The notes beneath the pieces were generated by a model. The model was not told the origin of the DNA. It saw only the letters and a list, made by a program, of their open reading frames with translations, and searched no databases. 10,442 nucleotides of DNA from Octopus sinensis (taxonomy: Eukaryota). Made by a program: the position numbers and the translations under genes. How positions within the stretch are numbered: position 1 is the first letter of the stretch; each line of letters opens with the position of its first letter. Positions 9,386 through 10,442 of this stretch are shown here, one piece after another. The stretch is taken from assembly GCF_006345805.1 (NCBI RefSeq), contig NW_021827400.1, forward strand, positions 1 to 10,442, read 5' to 3'.

Positions 9386-9592
9386 CCCTTTCTACTGGAA
9401 GATCTCAAATTTGAGAGAAGGGATTATGTCGATTACATCGACCCCAGTGCGTAGCTGGTACTAATTTTATCGATCATGATAGGATGAAAGGTAAAGTCAA
9501 CCTCGGCGGAATTTGAACTCAGAACGTAGCAGCAGACGAAATACCACTAAACATTTCGCCCGGTGTGCTAACGTTTATGCCATTTCACTGCC

Positions 9593-9594
<2 letters not shown>
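9386..9594 (-). mobile_element. tRNA-derived SINE
   Basis: The minus-strand head is AAGGCAGTGAAATGGCATAAACGTTAG (A-box-like), with B box GAGTTCAAATTCC and central block CCTTTCATCCT..GATCGATAAAATTAGTACCAG. It is similar to 4655-4852. Confidence 0.78.
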
Positions 9595-9628
<34 letters not shown>

Positions 9629-9629
9629 T

Positions 9630-9678
<49 letters not shown>

Positions 9679-9691
9679 ATATGATTATATG

Positions 9692-9757
<66 letters not shown>

Positions 9758-9798
9758 TGATGATGATTATGATGAATAAAATAATATATAATAATAAT
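9595..9798. repeat. (AAT)n microsatellite
   Basis: Seen directly. Confidence 0.97.
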
Positions 9799-10119
9799 AG
9801 CCATGTGTTGAGAGGGATTCTTTGGGATTTGAACAATTCACCTCTGGAAACAGGGTGGTTCTTTCAACATCCTTAAACAACCCTTATTCAGGGACCTTTG
9901 AACGGGATGGGCTACTCAACCTGAAGAAGAAAATCTAACTGGGCCCTAACTGCAAGGTCATGTGCTGTTATCTTGATATGAGATCACCATGTCGCGCACA
10001 TATGGTTGTGATGGCATGTGCTTGGTGTACCTTTATCAGACGGGTAGTCATGAGGGTATATTGGGCTTCGTATATTTACCCCAGTGTCAACTTTGATGGC
10101 ATGAACTGCTCTCTCACTC

Positions 10120-10120
<1 letters not shown>
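9799..10120 (+). mobile_element. Probable retroelement 3'-end fragment embedded in (AAT)n
   Basis: About 320 bp of complex non-coding sequence with sharp joins to AAT arrays on both sides, ending ...CTCTCTCACTCA(ATA)n. It resembles a recurrent octopus repeat (recall). Strand and class are inferred. Confidence 0.5.
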
Positions 10121-10164
<44 letters not shown>

Positions 10165-10175
10165 TATAATAATAA
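10120..10175. repeat. (AAT)n microsatellite
   Basis: Seen directly. Confidence 0.95.
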
Positions 10176-10380
10176 CAATCGCTATTATCGTTGTTGTTGT
10201 ATCTACTTTAGGCAAAAACGTGCAAATTTCAAATTTAGTCGTTAACAGCGATCCAGGTAAATGACTGACTGACTATTAGAACAGCCACCGCCTTCACCTC
10301 CACCACCACCGCCGCCACCACTACTGCTATTACCACTACAACTAATACTACTACAGCTGCCGCTACTACTACTATTACGT

Positions 10381-10442
10381 AGAAGAAGAAGAAGAAGAAG
10401 AAGAAGAAGAAGAAGAAGAAGAAGAAGAAGAAGAAGAAAGAA
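10381..10442. repeat. (AAG)n microsatellite running off the window end
   Basis: Seen directly. Confidence 0.95.

Noticed and set aside
10262-10380. Ser/Gly-coding-like tract on the minus strand (NSSSSGS...GGGGGG) as an extra upstream Tlx exon
   Set aside because: No start codon or convincing donor, it runs into a stop, and the main ORF is already closed by an upstream in-frame stop. It is treated as degenerate trinucleotide repeat.

Overview
AT-rich, microsatellite-dense animal genomic DNA. The SINE/LINE families and repeat spectrum look cephalopod, probably Octopus (inference from recalled repeat families, not verified). The main feature is a 3.27-kb single coding exon on the minus strand (3869->596). 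I interpret it as exon 1 of a Tlx/Hox11 (NK-class, Drosophila C15-like) homeobox gene, based on an eh1 motif (LSFGISRIL), the Tlx-type GVIKVPAHRP motif, and a YPWL hexapeptide followed by RRDRLG and a GTAAGT donor. The homeodomain is not in the window and should lie in a downstream exon left of position 1. The exon encodes about 1090 aa, mostly homopolymer tracts, with about 630 aa ahead of eh1. The rest of the window is intron and upstream DNA containing three tRNA-derived SINEs, decayed CR1-type LINE pieces (one with a young 52-bp fold-back inversion), a 5'-truncated R4/Dong-like RLE retrotransposon inside a (TAA)n array, and long (AAT)n, (AAG)n, (TA)n and (CA)n arrays. I found no convincing new multi-gene system. 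The best leads are the greatly expanded Tlx N-terminus, the fold-back hairpin and the TAA-embedded retroelements.
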